Positions 29,301 to 39,652 of a stretch of 64,000 nucleotides of DNA are shown here, in pieces. The notes under the pieces are model-generated. The model searched no databases and was not told the origin of the DNA. It was given only the letters and a program-made list of their open reading frames with translations. Source of the stretch: Tubulanus polymorphus (Eukaryota; Animalia; Nemertea); assembly GCF_964204645.1 (NCBI RefSeq), contig NC_134026.1, positions 10,563,950-10,627,949 of the forward strand. The letters run 5' to 3'. A program made the position numbers and the translations under genes. Position 1 is the stretch's first letter. The number at the start of each line of letters is the position of its first letter.

Positions 29301-29400
29301 AAACAGTAGTTGTCAATTGCCTAGGAAGTACTGTCATTGTGCGGTTTGCTGTCCTGAGATTAACATCACAAATTTTTGCGAATTGGTAAGTACTCCTCAT
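8396..29400 (-). CDS. TMEM65: Transmembrane protein 65 (mitochondrial inner membrane), 7 coding exons, about 259 aa
   Basis: Exons on the minus strand: 29400-29058, 13737-13693, 10847-10780, 10225-10171, 9952-9910, 9643-9538, 8515-8396. All introns are GT-AG with consistent phases; total 780 nt. Translation has an R/S/T-rich presequence-like N-terminus, then AKELIFNLTPRQRKSL, GIPFIGFGTLDNIIMITAGEYIDTTFGAVLGISTMAAAAIGNMVSDVAGISTAGYVETLASKSG, LTPQQID and GRIIGVTIGCIIGMTPLLFF, matching the TMEM65 family. The ATG at 29400 is the first in-frame ATG; the ORF track starts at an upstream TTG. Confidence 0.93.
9032..9064. mobile_element. 33-bp palindromic micro-insertion with 8-bp TSD (tgatgtca)
   Basis: tgatgtca-ctgggaaag...ctttcccag-tgatgtca. 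Confidence 0.65.
10915..11905. mobile_element. Element of about 1 kb with roughly 90-bp imperfect terminal inverted repeats, in TMEM65 intron 2
   Basis: 10930-11020 (cggaatttcttcactttcacta...taaccgggttttcccgcagggatac) is an imperfect reverse complement of 11800-11890. Confidence 0.6.
12845..12875. mobile_element. 31-bp palindromic micro-insertion with 7-bp TSD (ctgatac)
   Basis: ctgatac-cagggaagtgtgatg-t-catcacacttccctg-ctgatac. Confidence 0.7.
14309..15195 (+). mobile_element. Family E Helitron-like repeat, about 1.4 head-to-tail units
   Basis: The unit starts A|TCCAGGAAG and ends with a GC hairpin cgcgcggtggcgcaaccgcgcg then gatacgtccag. The second unit starts at 14929. Other copies at 20083-20498 and 48848-50790. 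Confidence 0.7.
15195..15560 (+). mobile_element. Family C repeat end carrying a decayed LINE reverse-transcriptase fragment, copy 1
   Basis: Starts taaatatagctgcaaagcagcg. Translates with frameshifts as MDFDKAFDKAQHQPLL...WLSSYL...SGVTQGSILSCLLFNVLTND. A similar block is at 61506-61880. Confidence 0.75.
15560..16450. repeat. Degenerate gttcgaacgaaaa-type repeats and a DNA-element end (cttccgta)
   Basis: Repeated ttcgaa/aacgaa motifs followed by a terminal-like motif at 16436-16449. Confidence 0.45.
16538..16745 (+). repeat. 31-bp minisatellite (tgtcgcgggcgataaaaccaaaataatgaat)
   Basis: About 6 tandem units; the same unit occurs at 18448, 61880 and 63340. Confidence 0.9.
17023..17590. mobile_element. 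MITE with TAA TSD (Zator or PIF/Harbinger-like)
   Basis: TAA|ggccatcccaaaataat ... attatttttgggatggcc|TAA. Confidence 0.8.
18448..18797 (+). repeat. 31-bp minisatellite array ending in the element terminus catggcccttatcagccaccata
   Basis: About 8 units. The terminus resembles the TIR of the 41114-41954 element. Confidence 0.85.
18797..19157 (+). repeat. Direct duplication of about 75 bp
   Basis: aactcgataaacacttcaagcgacacagcgaacgatc...ccccacagcgaacgctta occurs at 18819-18880 and 19096-19156. Confidence 0.8.
20083..20498 (+). mobile_element. Family E, 3' part
   Basis: Matches 14570-14933 and ends gatacgtccag|t. Confidence 0.75.
20500..23160 (-). pseudogene. Decayed non-LTR retrotransposon (LINE) RT region, interrupted by a family D insertion
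   Basis: Minus-strand peptides in 22780-23100: ITEEEISNALSKLTNSKSPGLDRITNELLK and GLIVPILKRGDRTLPDNYRGITLGSCLGKVFCQVLNNRL. They resume below 21127 as PNQIGFMPKNRTTDHMLTL and VDSVWHQGLIHKL...IIKSMYE. Stops and frameshifts are present. Confidence 0.85.
21125..22779. mobile_element. Family D element, copy 2, nested in the LINE remnant
   Basis: Nearly identical to 27399-28997 and splits the RT coding sequence. Confidence 0.88.
24302..24625 (-). mobile_element. Internally deleted family A HINE-like copy
   Basis: Has both family ends (actaggggtccagggacac... and aagtgaacgcaatag...) but is only about 320 bp. Confidence 0.65.
25742..27000 (-). mobile_element. Helentron/HINE-like family A, full-length copy with four internal repeats of about 154 bp
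   Basis: On the minus strand: 5' tttagcccacttgg subterminal repeat, hairpin gggactttagtccc and gtcc microsatellite; core; tandem units (attcaacgcc at 25815, 25969, 26121, 26277); 3' ccaagtgggc, a hairpin, then ctagtttt. No TSD. This is the known non-autonomous Helentron layout. Confidence 0.85.
27399..28997. mobile_element. Family D element, copy 3, in TMEM65 intron 1
   Basis: Colinear with copies 1 and 2; ends about 60 nt from the exon 1 donor. Confidence 0.88.
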
Positions 29401-29503
29401 GTCGATAACTGGTTCCGAATGTAGGCCTAATCGATATCTCAGTATAAACCCAACACATGAAGATGTAGCAGAGCGGAGAACACAGATTGTCAATTGTGTC
29501 TAC

Positions 29504-29511
29504 CCGGAAGT
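29504..29511. promoter_or_regulatory. ETS/GABP-type site in the TMEM65 proximal promoter
   Basis: CCGGAAGT about 105 nt upstream of the TMEM65 ATG; a common motif in housekeeping and nuclear-encoded mitochondrial gene promoters. Confidence 0.4.
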
Positions 29512-29596
29512 AAAATATTTGCAAGAGAAAATTGTTGACTGACGCTGTAACAAATCTTTATCATTTCTATCCACTTCAAAGACTTCCTTTATTATG

Positions 29597-31597
29597 GAAG
29601 ACCTCAGACGACATACGAGATATGAGATATAACATACGAGATATGAGATGCAACATACGAGATACGACTTATGACATACGAGATACGACTTATTTACAGT
29701 ACGGGTGTCCGTCCGCTAGCGCCACCGCAGTGTATATTTTTCAACATCTACTCGGCGTTGCGGCGTATACTACGACACGTGCGCAGGCAGTGGCGTATAC
29801 ATTAACTATGAATATCAATATGCGAAAAACGTTTCATTTGAAACGAAAAATATTTAAAAATATTCGATCAACCACTCCCGGGGACCGGCTTCTCGCTGTG
29901 ACATCAGTGGGCGGCCACTCTTAGTAGTGTGAGACACCGATGGTCCGGTGATTCGAGTTGGCTCCAAATACGGGGCTACAGCCCCTAAATCCACCAAAAA
30001 CGCCTCAAATTCCATTTTTGAGTGTACAAAAATCCCTCAAAAAGAGTTAGCCATGGCCCCTTCAAATTGGTGGTCACTAAGAATTGCGCCTAGTCAAGGG
30101 TTTAAACTTCGCGTTCGATCGAGGGTTTTCGATGAAAAATGAAAGATGTATGTATATTACGAATGCCGATGACCAAAGAGTTAAAAAAAAGTCCGACACA
30201 CGCGGAATCTGTGTTTAGTGTACTATGATTTCAACGAATGAATTGAAACATGGACATGAATTAAAAATACTAAAGATAACATAGATCTATTGAATGAATT
30301 ATTCATTAAATATCAGAATGGAGTTCCATTGTATCACTCTCAGCTCCTGGCCCTAGTCCAGCTGATTTCATTTATCACGACGTTTTTTGCGACGGGTGCA
30401 AACGCACCATACGAGCAACGTTCCGGTGTTCCGCTAATTCCCCGGTCTAAAGAAATGTTACTTGATATTTCCATGGATCTCTTATCTTTACAAATGTAAG
30501 AGCTATTGTGTTTTGCTGAAGACTTATTCATGTGGTTCCTGTACTTTTGTCAATAAACAGTTTTAAAACTGACCATGACAATTGATAAGAATGATCTTAA
30601 ATTGGATTCTCCGATTATGAAAGTTATTCAGATTCAGCCATTGGCCCTTTTCATGAAAGATGTCAGAAAAGAAAGATAGCCAAAAAGCACTCAGAATACA
30701 CAAGTACCTAAATTGAACAAATTTTCATGGGAGGACCCCAGACTATGGCTTCAGAAAGACAGTACCGCATACTGCCCTGGCGGTTAGCGAAAACTGGCCA
30801 GTCTCGACTCTCAATGGCTGGTCTAGTGGACTCACCAGTCTGCCCCAGTAGCTCGATAGGGATGGAATTTAGCTGGGGATTTCAAACCTTGAGAGAGAGC
30901 ACGGGAGTTCTTAATCTGGATACCAGGGCGATGTACGGGTTCCCAGGTTGTTTGGGATTCAAGAACTCAGGCAGGGGTGTCAAACAGCGGAGGAGGGGTA
31001 CAAGAGGGGGCCGGGATTTCCGGCTGCGGAGTTTTTTTTAGAATTTTGATTTCTGATGCAGAAAAGCAGGCGGTTACGGCGGGCGGTGAACAGTAGTTAT
31101 TTTTTCTGCAGGCATCGAGTAACCGGAACCCCGGCTCCTGAACACCAGGCCGTTTTAAGACCAAAGGAAGACAAGAAATAGCATAATATTATGAACTTGA
31201 ACAGTTTGATATCTTTTTAGTTTTGTGATTTGAAAAACTTTTCGTCGCCCGCGGGAGAGGAACGGCCGGCGGCGCGCCTAGTCCAGGGTGTTCACAGTAT
31301 GGCCTAATATCGTTGTGTCCGGTCCAGGTGTCCATTATCCAAAAGAAATCTATTTCTGGTTTGAATAAAATGTTGACTATGTTGGTTTTCATATAATTGA
31401 CGATGACTGTACGCGTCACCATGTTAAACGATTTATATGCAGTAAATATTGAAAAAACATACACTGCGGTGGCGCTAGCGGACGGACACCCGTACTGTAA
31501 ATAAGTCGTATCTCGTGTGTCATATGTCGTATCTCGTATGTTGCATCTCATATCTCGTATGTTATATCTCATATCTTGTATGTCGTCTGAGGTCTTC
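29597..31597. mobile_element. 2.0-kb segment bounded by inverted repeats of about 150 bp, between TMEM65 and PPT1
   Basis: 29597-29745 (gaagacctcagacgacatacgagat...cgccaccgcagtgtat) is a near-exact reverse complement of 31450-31597. Arms contain short catacgagat repeats. No TSD recognised. Confidence 0.75.
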
Positions 31598-31713
31598 AAC
31601 CAAATCAACCTGAGATTAATTTCATTAATTGTTTTTGTAAGATTTCTAAATTCTCAACTATGTGTAACAGGGTCGGGGGTTACATATTGCACTAATGAAA
31701 TGGTCATGGGAAA

Positions 31714-31723
31714 GTCACATGAT
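31714..31723. promoter_or_regulatory. M-box/CLEAR-like MiT-TFE site next to the PPT1 start
   Basis: GTCACATGAT contains TCACATGA, the reverse complement of the M-box TCATGTGA. It ends 16 nt before the ATG of a lysosomal hydrolase. Confidence 0.45.
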
Positions 31724-31739
31724 CACAAGACAGGTCAAA

Positions 31740-34700
31740 ATGGCGGACGCGCGTAAATTTTGTTTTCCTTCGCTTTTCGTATTATTTTCTGCGATTATTC
31801 TATCAAATGCAGCTCCAGTTCCACTAGTCATTTGGCACGGAATGGGTTTGTATAATCTGGATTATTTTACATTTTTTTGTAAATTTTTGGGCCTTATGAC
31901 AACCTCTAATGCTTCAATTTGACTAGGGCTAGGCCTCTAAAAATAGTGAGTGTCATTGTTTGACAATTTGACAAATAAATTGACTGAATAATACGAATAT
32001 GTAATTTGTAATAGATGAAATCTAAGTGACGGACACCTTGTCACAGCTTGATTAGATTTTTCATAGTTAGTAAGAAATCATAGTGATTTGAAAAGAACCT
32101 AAAGTAAGGGGTAACGAAAACACTCAATCAAAACATGTCAGTGACAAGGAACACATTAGGCTAAATGTTGTCAGAAACAGAAAGAGAATCAGCTCCAATT
32201 TTATTTCATATTAGCTGAATGCCCGTCCAATGGCCCGTACAAAAAAAGTGTCGTTGAAAATTTTAGTTTTACGTTGAAAAACGAAATTTATTAGGCCTAG
32301 GCCTATTAGTATTTTGTGATGTTGGAGCCAGCGACCATTATCTTTTATCTAAGGGACAGCCTTCGGGGCCTGGCATCTCTATTACACTTTCTTTTGTACC
32401 CCCACTTGGCTCGGGGCTCCCCAAAAATATACCGTATTCAAGCGTATGTAATGTAATAGATAAAATCTCAGTGATGGCACTCAGTGATGGCCCAATATTT
32501 TGCTTGAGATTTTCTCTGATGAAGAAATCTTCACCCAAGATATTGACTGTCCGAGATATTTCCTCTTTTTCATGGAGCACGTCTTTTCCTCAGAAAGAAT
32601 GGCCTAGAATTAATGTGTGATTTTCTCTGAATATCACATCATTCTTTTTAAATTTGGCAACTAGTTAGAGGATTTGGTTAAAAAGATATAGGCCTATAGT
32701 TGTAAAGGCGTTTATCAAAGGGGCATCCTAGGGGTGGGGCCCATATTTCTTTGAAGCACCGGTGCTACTAGTCCTACAGTTTTAAGCACTTCTTTTCTGT
32801 GTACCACGGTATGTTATTCATTATGTACAAGAATATAGAGCCATTTATTGGTTTTGACTCTTGGGGTGTCCTAGGGCGTGGGGTCTATGTTTCTATGAAT
32901 CATAACTAGTCCTACAGATTAAATAAGATTTCTTCTAAATTTTCTATTGATGTTCTACGTCTAAAAGACTACAATGATATAGACCCGTTTGTTAGGGGAC
33001 TCGACACCCAGGGGTTGCCCTACTGTGTGGGACCGATATTTCTATGGAGTGATACTAATCCTTGGATACGTTTACTACCTTTAGTGATGGGGCCATTAGA
33101 TAAATGATGAAGGATGATGAAGGTAACTAAACACAGCGGTACTGTATCAGCTGCCACCAACATAAAACATAATGTTGTGGTGTACAGTGGCCATACCTTG
33201 GTTATGTCCCTTAAAGTTGTAAGATAGATGGTATAAACTGTAAGATATATAATGCTTGAATTGTTTTAGGCGATAGCTGTTGCAATCCAATCAGTATGGG
33301 CTCAATAAAGAATTTAATAGAGAAACAGGTTCCGGGTATATATGTGAGATCATTGATGATTGGAAACAACGTATTTGAGGTATGTATCGAATAACATTCA
33401 CTCAGGGGCGGATCCAGGGGCATATTTTGACTGCCTTCTAAAAGAAATGAGGGCACCCAAAGGGGGAGCGCGGGGTAACCCCCAGGGGCTGATCCAGGGG
33501 GATGGGTAGACAGTATTGGAAGGAAATTTAAGGGCTCCTTTCTGATCTTAGTGCACACCCAGTATCCAGGTCAATGCGAGCACCCGAAGGCGCGAAGTCC
33601 TTAGAGGGGGGTCCCACCCCCAGAAAATTTTGAAAATATGGTACCATTTAAAGGCTTTTAGAGGGCTTCTAGAGGCTAGCAGAGCAATCCAGAATAAACG
33701 AATTCGAGACAAGATTTCAACAGATGCGGATAAAAAATGAAGCTGGCGAACCCATGAAAGAATGGTTGTCGCCAACTTCGCCTAGTGCCCCTATAATCTT
33801 AAAAAGTGCCCCTTAACAATTATACAGAATATGTCTAAGTGCCCCGTCATTGTTAACAATCGGCAAAAATTGCCTCGTCTTCACATTTATCCTTATGTCG
33901 TGTGCCATCTTCCAAACCAAAAGTGCCCCTAAAATTTTAGAAATTAGGCAAAAAAGTGCCCTTTTCTTCAACATTTTTCCGCGTATAGTGCCCTCTTCTA
34001 AAGTACGAGTGCCCCTTTAGCCCTCCCTGAAAAGGCAAGGACAAGGTGCCCTCATCTAAAGCATGAGTGCCCCTTGCAAAAGGAAAGTGCCCTTTTTAAT
34101 TTATCATGATTAAAGGCTTTACAAATATGATTATCTCTCCTCACCTTCTCGGCAGCGGTATATACCGATTAATTTTATAATTATGCCCGGATTACGGACA
34201 CTGAAATAGCGGTTGCTGAAATAATGCCGTCAAAAATATTGCCGGTGAAATTTCGAAGGGCACTTAAAAATTCGAGACCGTATTGGGCAATACGGCTAAT
34301 ACGGTCTTGATCCGCCCCTGACCCCCTCGCCGGTGGGGGTTTGTGGGGTCTCCCCCAAGAAAATTTTTAATTTTCATGTCCTCAGATGCATTTTCCCAGC
34401 ATCTAGGACATATTTTTCTCAATCCTCACAATCCAAAATAGAGCCTTAAACACTGATGTAAGCGATTATAAGTAGTAGATTTTTTTACTATCACTTAAAA
34501 ATAGAAAATGCGTTCCTTTAAGAGGGGCACTCGGGATTTTTTGACTGCCTTCCGGAAGGCATGGAAGGCACCCTGGATCCGCCCCTGTTCACTTTCACCA
34601 TACCAATCACAGAACTGCATACATCCTCTTCACCCTGACCTGGTTCATTGCTGTCTCAAACTCGCATAACAACTGAAGATAAATACAGTTAAAGTCCTAA

Positions 34701-37700
34701 TGCCCCTGGTGGGACCAATGGAAAACAGCGTTATTACGAAATTGACACTATAATGAATGATTTAGTAGAACCCACTTAATTCAGATTATTTGGGACCAAT
34801 AAAATTCATCCGGTTTACGGAAATCCGGAATAAAAATCATTTTCTTGTATATTAATGAACACATGGACTGCAAATATTCTCTGAATTGGACCAAACCAAT
34901 TCGGATTAAGCGAGTTTGACTGTATTTTCATTGAACTTGAGTGAGATTGGGCAATTCGTTTTCTGAATAATATTGGCTTTAAGCAAGCAATCATTGGCAT
35001 CAAAAGACATGGCATTATAACAGACTTTCTGACTGTACATGTCATGATAACTCTCCACCTGGCACTTAGAAGTTCTTGTGAATCTCGAAGCCTTCTATTT
35101 TAATAAGAAATATCATTCTTTTTATTTACATAACCTATTCATGATGATAACATAATTATATTTGGAGATTAGATGAGATGTTGAGATGTTATAATTTTGA
35201 CAATTTTTAGTAAGCATTTGAAAAATTATATTGCTACAGACATGACAGTATACAAAACTTTGTTTTGAGCCTACTTTTGGGCTATTGCATTCACTTTTCG
35301 TACATCGTCCATTCGTTCGTCTGTCCGTGGACAGAATCCAGTTATTTTGGGGAGTTTTAAAGAAGCTTCAATGTAATGTCTTGATATTTGGGTTACACAT
35401 GTATCTACCCTAGACACATCTTCAACCCAAAAACTGGCCCTGTCAGAATCAAGATGGCCGACTGGCAGCCATTGTTCTTCGCCATAATTGCCACTTTTTA
35501 GACATTTTTTAAGTTTTTGAAGGAAATTCTGAAAACGCTTTGATCGATAACCACGATCTTTTGTATATATTTTAATCCCCCAAGAGCCCATCAGAAAAAT
35601 TGGGTCGATCGGACTCAAGACCCGTCCTATGATCTTTTTATGAACAAAAATGTGAATTTTGAATTGGAATTTTATGATGGGTATTCTATGGAAAGGGAAT
35701 TGGATGGCTGAGTGATGGACCAAGCTCTGATTGATACCAGCATTATCATTTGATTTCAGGACACATTGAATGGATTTTTTATGAACGCCAATAAACAAAT
35801 AGAAATGGCTTGTCAAAAAATCGCTAGTGACCCGAAATTGAGATATGGTTATAATTCGATTGGATTTTCTCAAGGAGGGCAATTTCTGTATGTAAAATTC
35901 AATTTCCTGCGGTATTTATTAATGTTATCCGTTATTCTGTCTAAAAAATAACATGCCAAAATCTTACAGGAGAGCAGTTGCACAGAGATGCCCATATCCT
36001 CCAATGTTCAATCTTGTCTCAATTGGGGGTCAACATGAAGGTAAGCTTTGAATCAACTAGGTTGCAGAGATTCGTCTTGAATGCATTTTAGGTTTGAGAG
36101 TGATTTGCCCAATTCAGATAGAGTGCAAGTGGAAATAGTGCACGCTACAGTCACCTAAACTCATTATCCTAACCCACATGTTTGCATATGAATCAAATAA
36201 TGCAATATTTTGTATGTACTTACGCCTATATCAGACTTGGGGCAATTAATGTTGCCAATTTCAGAATATGTGTGTTGTTAGCCCACTTAAGTCTTAAGTC
36301 CCAGCGGGCTATTGTGTTCACTTTTCGTCCGTCCGTCTGTCTGGAATCCAGTTATTTTGGGAAGTTTTGAAGACGCTTCAAGGTAATGTCTAGATATTTA
36401 GTCCATACATGTATCTACCCTAGACACATCTTCAGCCCAAAAACTGGCCCTGTCAGAATCGAGATGGCCGACTGGCAGCCATTGTTGTTCGCCACGATCA
36501 GCACTTTTTACACATTTTTTAACTTTTTGAGGGAAATTTTGAAGATGCTTGAATCAATTACCTTGATCTTTCGTATATATTTGAATCCCCCAAGGGCCCA
36601 TCACGTTAAGAAAAATTGGGTCGATCGGACTCAAGATGGCCGTCCTATGACCATTTTAGTGCTCAAAAATGTAAATTTTGGCCCGAATTCTGAGTCCTGT
36701 AGTTTCCTACTGGTTTGCCATTTCTCATTGCAATTTGTGATGGGTATTCTTTGAAAATGGATCTTTCATACCATAGACCGGTATTTTTGATCAGGCAATT
36801 ATGACGCAATTGGCGGCCATCTTGGTGTCATCAGTACTCATTCAGGTGGAAAAAGGTTTTCCCACATATTGATATTTAAGCATATTTTGTTACCACAATC
36901 AATTGCAAAGTTGTAGCTCATGACATGTTCTATTATTGTAATGAGTTTCAAGCCCATCGGTTTTTGTATATGGCCACCAGGGGGTGTTAAATAATACAAT
37001 AACTTAGTATTTCTGTATAATATACGCATCTATGCATATCTTGCTACCTGCAATCAATTGGAAAGTTGTAGCTCATGACATGGTCTATGATTGTGGTAAG
37101 TTTCAAGGACATAAATTATTCTATATGGTCACTAGGGGGCATTGAAAAGTAGTATAACTAAGAATTTCCTTATTATATTGGTAGGCATATTTTGTTACCA
37201 TGATCAATTGCAAAGTTGTAGCTCATGGGATGTTTTATGATGATGGTGAGTGTCAATGTTATTGAGCTTTGCATATGGTCACCAGGGGGGCGTTGAATAG
37301 TAGAATAACTTGGTATTTCCTTATCATATTGGTACCTAGGCATATTTTTTTACTACAATCGATTACAAAATCGTAGCTGCTGACATGTGCTATGATTGTG
37401 GTGAGTTTCCAGGTCATTAAATTTTTTCAAGGTCATTGGATGGGGCATTGAATATTGAAATTGTTAGATTGTTGAGCATCTGAAACCACTTCCCAAGTGG
37501 GCATGGTGTCCCTGGACCCCTAGTTTTATTTATCTAGTTTTATTTAAGGCGTTTATGGATTCCCTCGTTGTCCTGGTGAGAATTCGACTCTTTGCGACAT
37601 CGTTCGAAAATTTCTCGACTACGGAGTTTATCTAGAGTAAGTCACTCTTCTGACAAAAACAAAAATTGTGATCCACTATACCAGTAGATGCATGATTGAT

Positions 37701-39474
37701 GATAATCATTGAAAATATTTCGTTTCAGTTTTGTCCAGAACACGTAAGTTCTATTTAATATCATATTAGACTGAATGAAATCCTAGTACTGTACACAGAG
37801 TCTAACAAATACCACGATGTACAGTCAAACCAGCTTAATTCGGATCAGCTTAACCTGGATTTTCATGTTATACATACATCAGTTGTGGTCCACTTACACA
37901 TGATCTATGTTAAATATGATGTTCAATCCAGATTTATCATGAATGATTTTGGTCGCTCCCAATTGATCCAGCGGATTCTACTGTAGACATTACAATATAT
38001 TAGAATTTTTATCTGTTTGAAGTCTATTTGAAATTTTATATAACTTCCGTCTCTATTGTAAGGCCTATACAATACACCAAAAATCTGCATCAGGCCTATA
38101 TTGCATCTCTAATTTTATCATTCTTGTATTTTTTTGAATATCAGGATAGTTCAAGCAGAATACTGGCATGATCCAATAAAAGAAGCTGAATATATTGCAA
38201 AAAGTGTCTTCCTGGCAGATATTAACAATGCTAGGGTAAGAAGAGATAATAATTTTCTTACATCTACTTAAACTACCATTTTCCTTATCTTTGTATCACT
38301 TTCACAACACTGGTGAACTTTCTACAACTTGATATTATTTTAGTCTCAGAAGAATATGACGTACCGGACAAACCTGATGAGATTGAAGAACTTTGTGATG
38401 GTTAAATTTCTTCGTGACACAATGGTTGATCCTAAAGACAGCGAGGTACCGGTATTGTACAGTGCCTGTTAATTTTCAGTTGAAAATTTATTCAACCATT
38501 TTTTTTATTCATTTATGTCCTTATGAATGATTTTACTCAGGGTTCGTTTCAAGAACTACTAGTAATTATCTGAGGTAAATTTAGAATTGGTCTGGGTAAA
38601 TGTAACAGTATTTTTTGTTTGGGTTGGATGTCTGTTTGAAACAAATTAACCTTGATTTCACTGGTAGAAGAAAATCTATAATGTATCATCAAAATTCCCT
38701 TACAACATAATTTCCATTTTTCATAGCAAAAATATTAGCCAAATCTTACAGAAAATCATGGAAAATAGCATTCTTTAAACACAAAATTTGTTACAAGGCT
38801 GTGTTTTCAATAAAGTACTTAAAGTGCAAATCTAGGCAAGGCGGGAAACCTGAAGAAAGGCTGTTCTATTGGATATAACAATAATATATGCAAAAAGGGC
38901 ACTTCTCCAAAATTTCTTGGGGGCAACTGCCACCAGTAGGTACGGCCCTGCTTAAAAGGTTAACCCGGGGGCAGATTGACCAATGTTGACTCTAAGTCTC
39001 TGAAATGTACTGTTTCGGTGAATGATTTTGTCTGTACTGGTTTTTGCATGATTTTTGTCGATGTGTAAAATCAATGTTTCAAGGTGGTTTTTTTTATTGT
39101 GCAGTGGTTTGGATACTATATACCTGGACAAGCTAAGAATACATATAAACTACAGGATGGAAAGCTTTATAAACAGGTATAAATACATCTGCATTGGATG
39201 CATTAAGTTGTTGTAGTCGATGTGTGAATTATTTTTCTAATGTTACCTGTAACGCAGGTTTTAATCCATTGATACCTGAGCAGAATTATGCTCATATTAT
39301 ACAAACGCAAAATTCAACCTTACCTCCCTGTTATTGATTATCTTGTAGGATTGGCTTGGTCTTCAGGTGATGGACAAACTTGGAAAACTGCATTTCCTAT
39401 CTTCTGATTCTGATCATTTACAATTTAATGAGGTTTGGTTCGTTCAAAACATAGTGAACAAATTTTTAAAATGA
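31740..39474 (+). CDS. PPT1: Palmitoyl-protein thioesterase 1 (lysosomal), 10 coding exons, about 302 aa
   Basis: Exons: 31740-31845, 33270-33379, 35760-35887, 35970-36040, 37549-37636, 37729-37743, 38145-38235, 38344-38445, 39105-39176, 39349-39474. All GT-AG and in frame; total 909 nt. Signal peptide, then [15 protein letters not shown], nucleophile motif [23 protein letters not shown], catalytic Asp in [11 protein letters not shown] and catalytic His in SDHLQF. Confidence 0.96.
31997..32210. mobile_element. Family D terminal fragment in opposite orientation, PPT1 intron 1
   Basis: gtaatagatgaaatctaagtgacggac is the reverse complement of the family D end. Confidence 0.7.
32660..33155 (+). 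mobile_element. HINE-like family B fragment
   Basis: Similar to 55700-56160 (gggcccatatttct, ggggccattagataaatgatgaa...cagcgg...atcagctg). Confidence 0.6.
33403..34587. mobile_element. Non-autonomous TIR element with 6-bp TSD (ttcact)
   Basis: ttcact|caggggcggatccaggg ... ccctggatccgcccctg|ttcact, with internal gtgccc repeats. It starts 23 nt after the PPT1 exon 2 donor. Confidence 0.85.
35263..35665 (+). mobile_element. Family A HINE-like 5' fragment, PPT1 intron 2
   Basis: Homologous to 36278-36680. Confidence 0.75.
36278..37527 (+). mobile_element. Helentron/HINE-like family A, full-length copy, PPT1 intron 4
   Basis: ttagcccactt...gggctattgtgttcac, gtcc repeats, internal repeats of about 154 bp, and ccaagtgggcatggtgtccctggacccctagtttt. 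It is the reverse complement of 25742-27000. Confidence 0.87.
37820..37985. mobile_element. Small Tc1/pogo-type MITE
   Basis: ta|cagtcaaacc...ggattctactg|ta. A related inverted copy is at 34762-34924. Confidence 0.55.
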
Positions 39475-39646
39475 GATGACGTGCTATGGATGGTCTGCAC
39501 CTGCTGAGAGATCCACTCGCGCTGGTGTTCCAAAACTAAAGCTCCATATTTGGATCTGTTCATAATTCGTATGCAAGTGATTGAAACTGTGATTTAATTC
39601 CGTGTTCTTTTTTAACTGCTTTTGTTGATTATACACAAGATTGATA

Positions 39647-39652
39647 AATAAA
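39647..39652 (+). terminator. Probable polyadenylation signal of PPT1
   Basis: AATAAA about 170 nt after the TGA stop. Confidence 0.55.

Noticed and set aside
29401-29493. N-terminal extension of TMEM65 from the ORF track
   Set aside because: It starts at TTG. In a eukaryote the first ATG at 29400 is more plausible.
30290-31164. Transposase or captured gene inside the 2-kb inverted-repeat segment
   Set aside because: Only short ORFs with no motif I can recognise. A translated search would be needed to exclude decayed fragments.
35271-35882. 203-aa minus-strand ORF
   Set aside because: It is antisense to PPT1 exon 3 plus a family A repeat fragment, with no recognisable domain.
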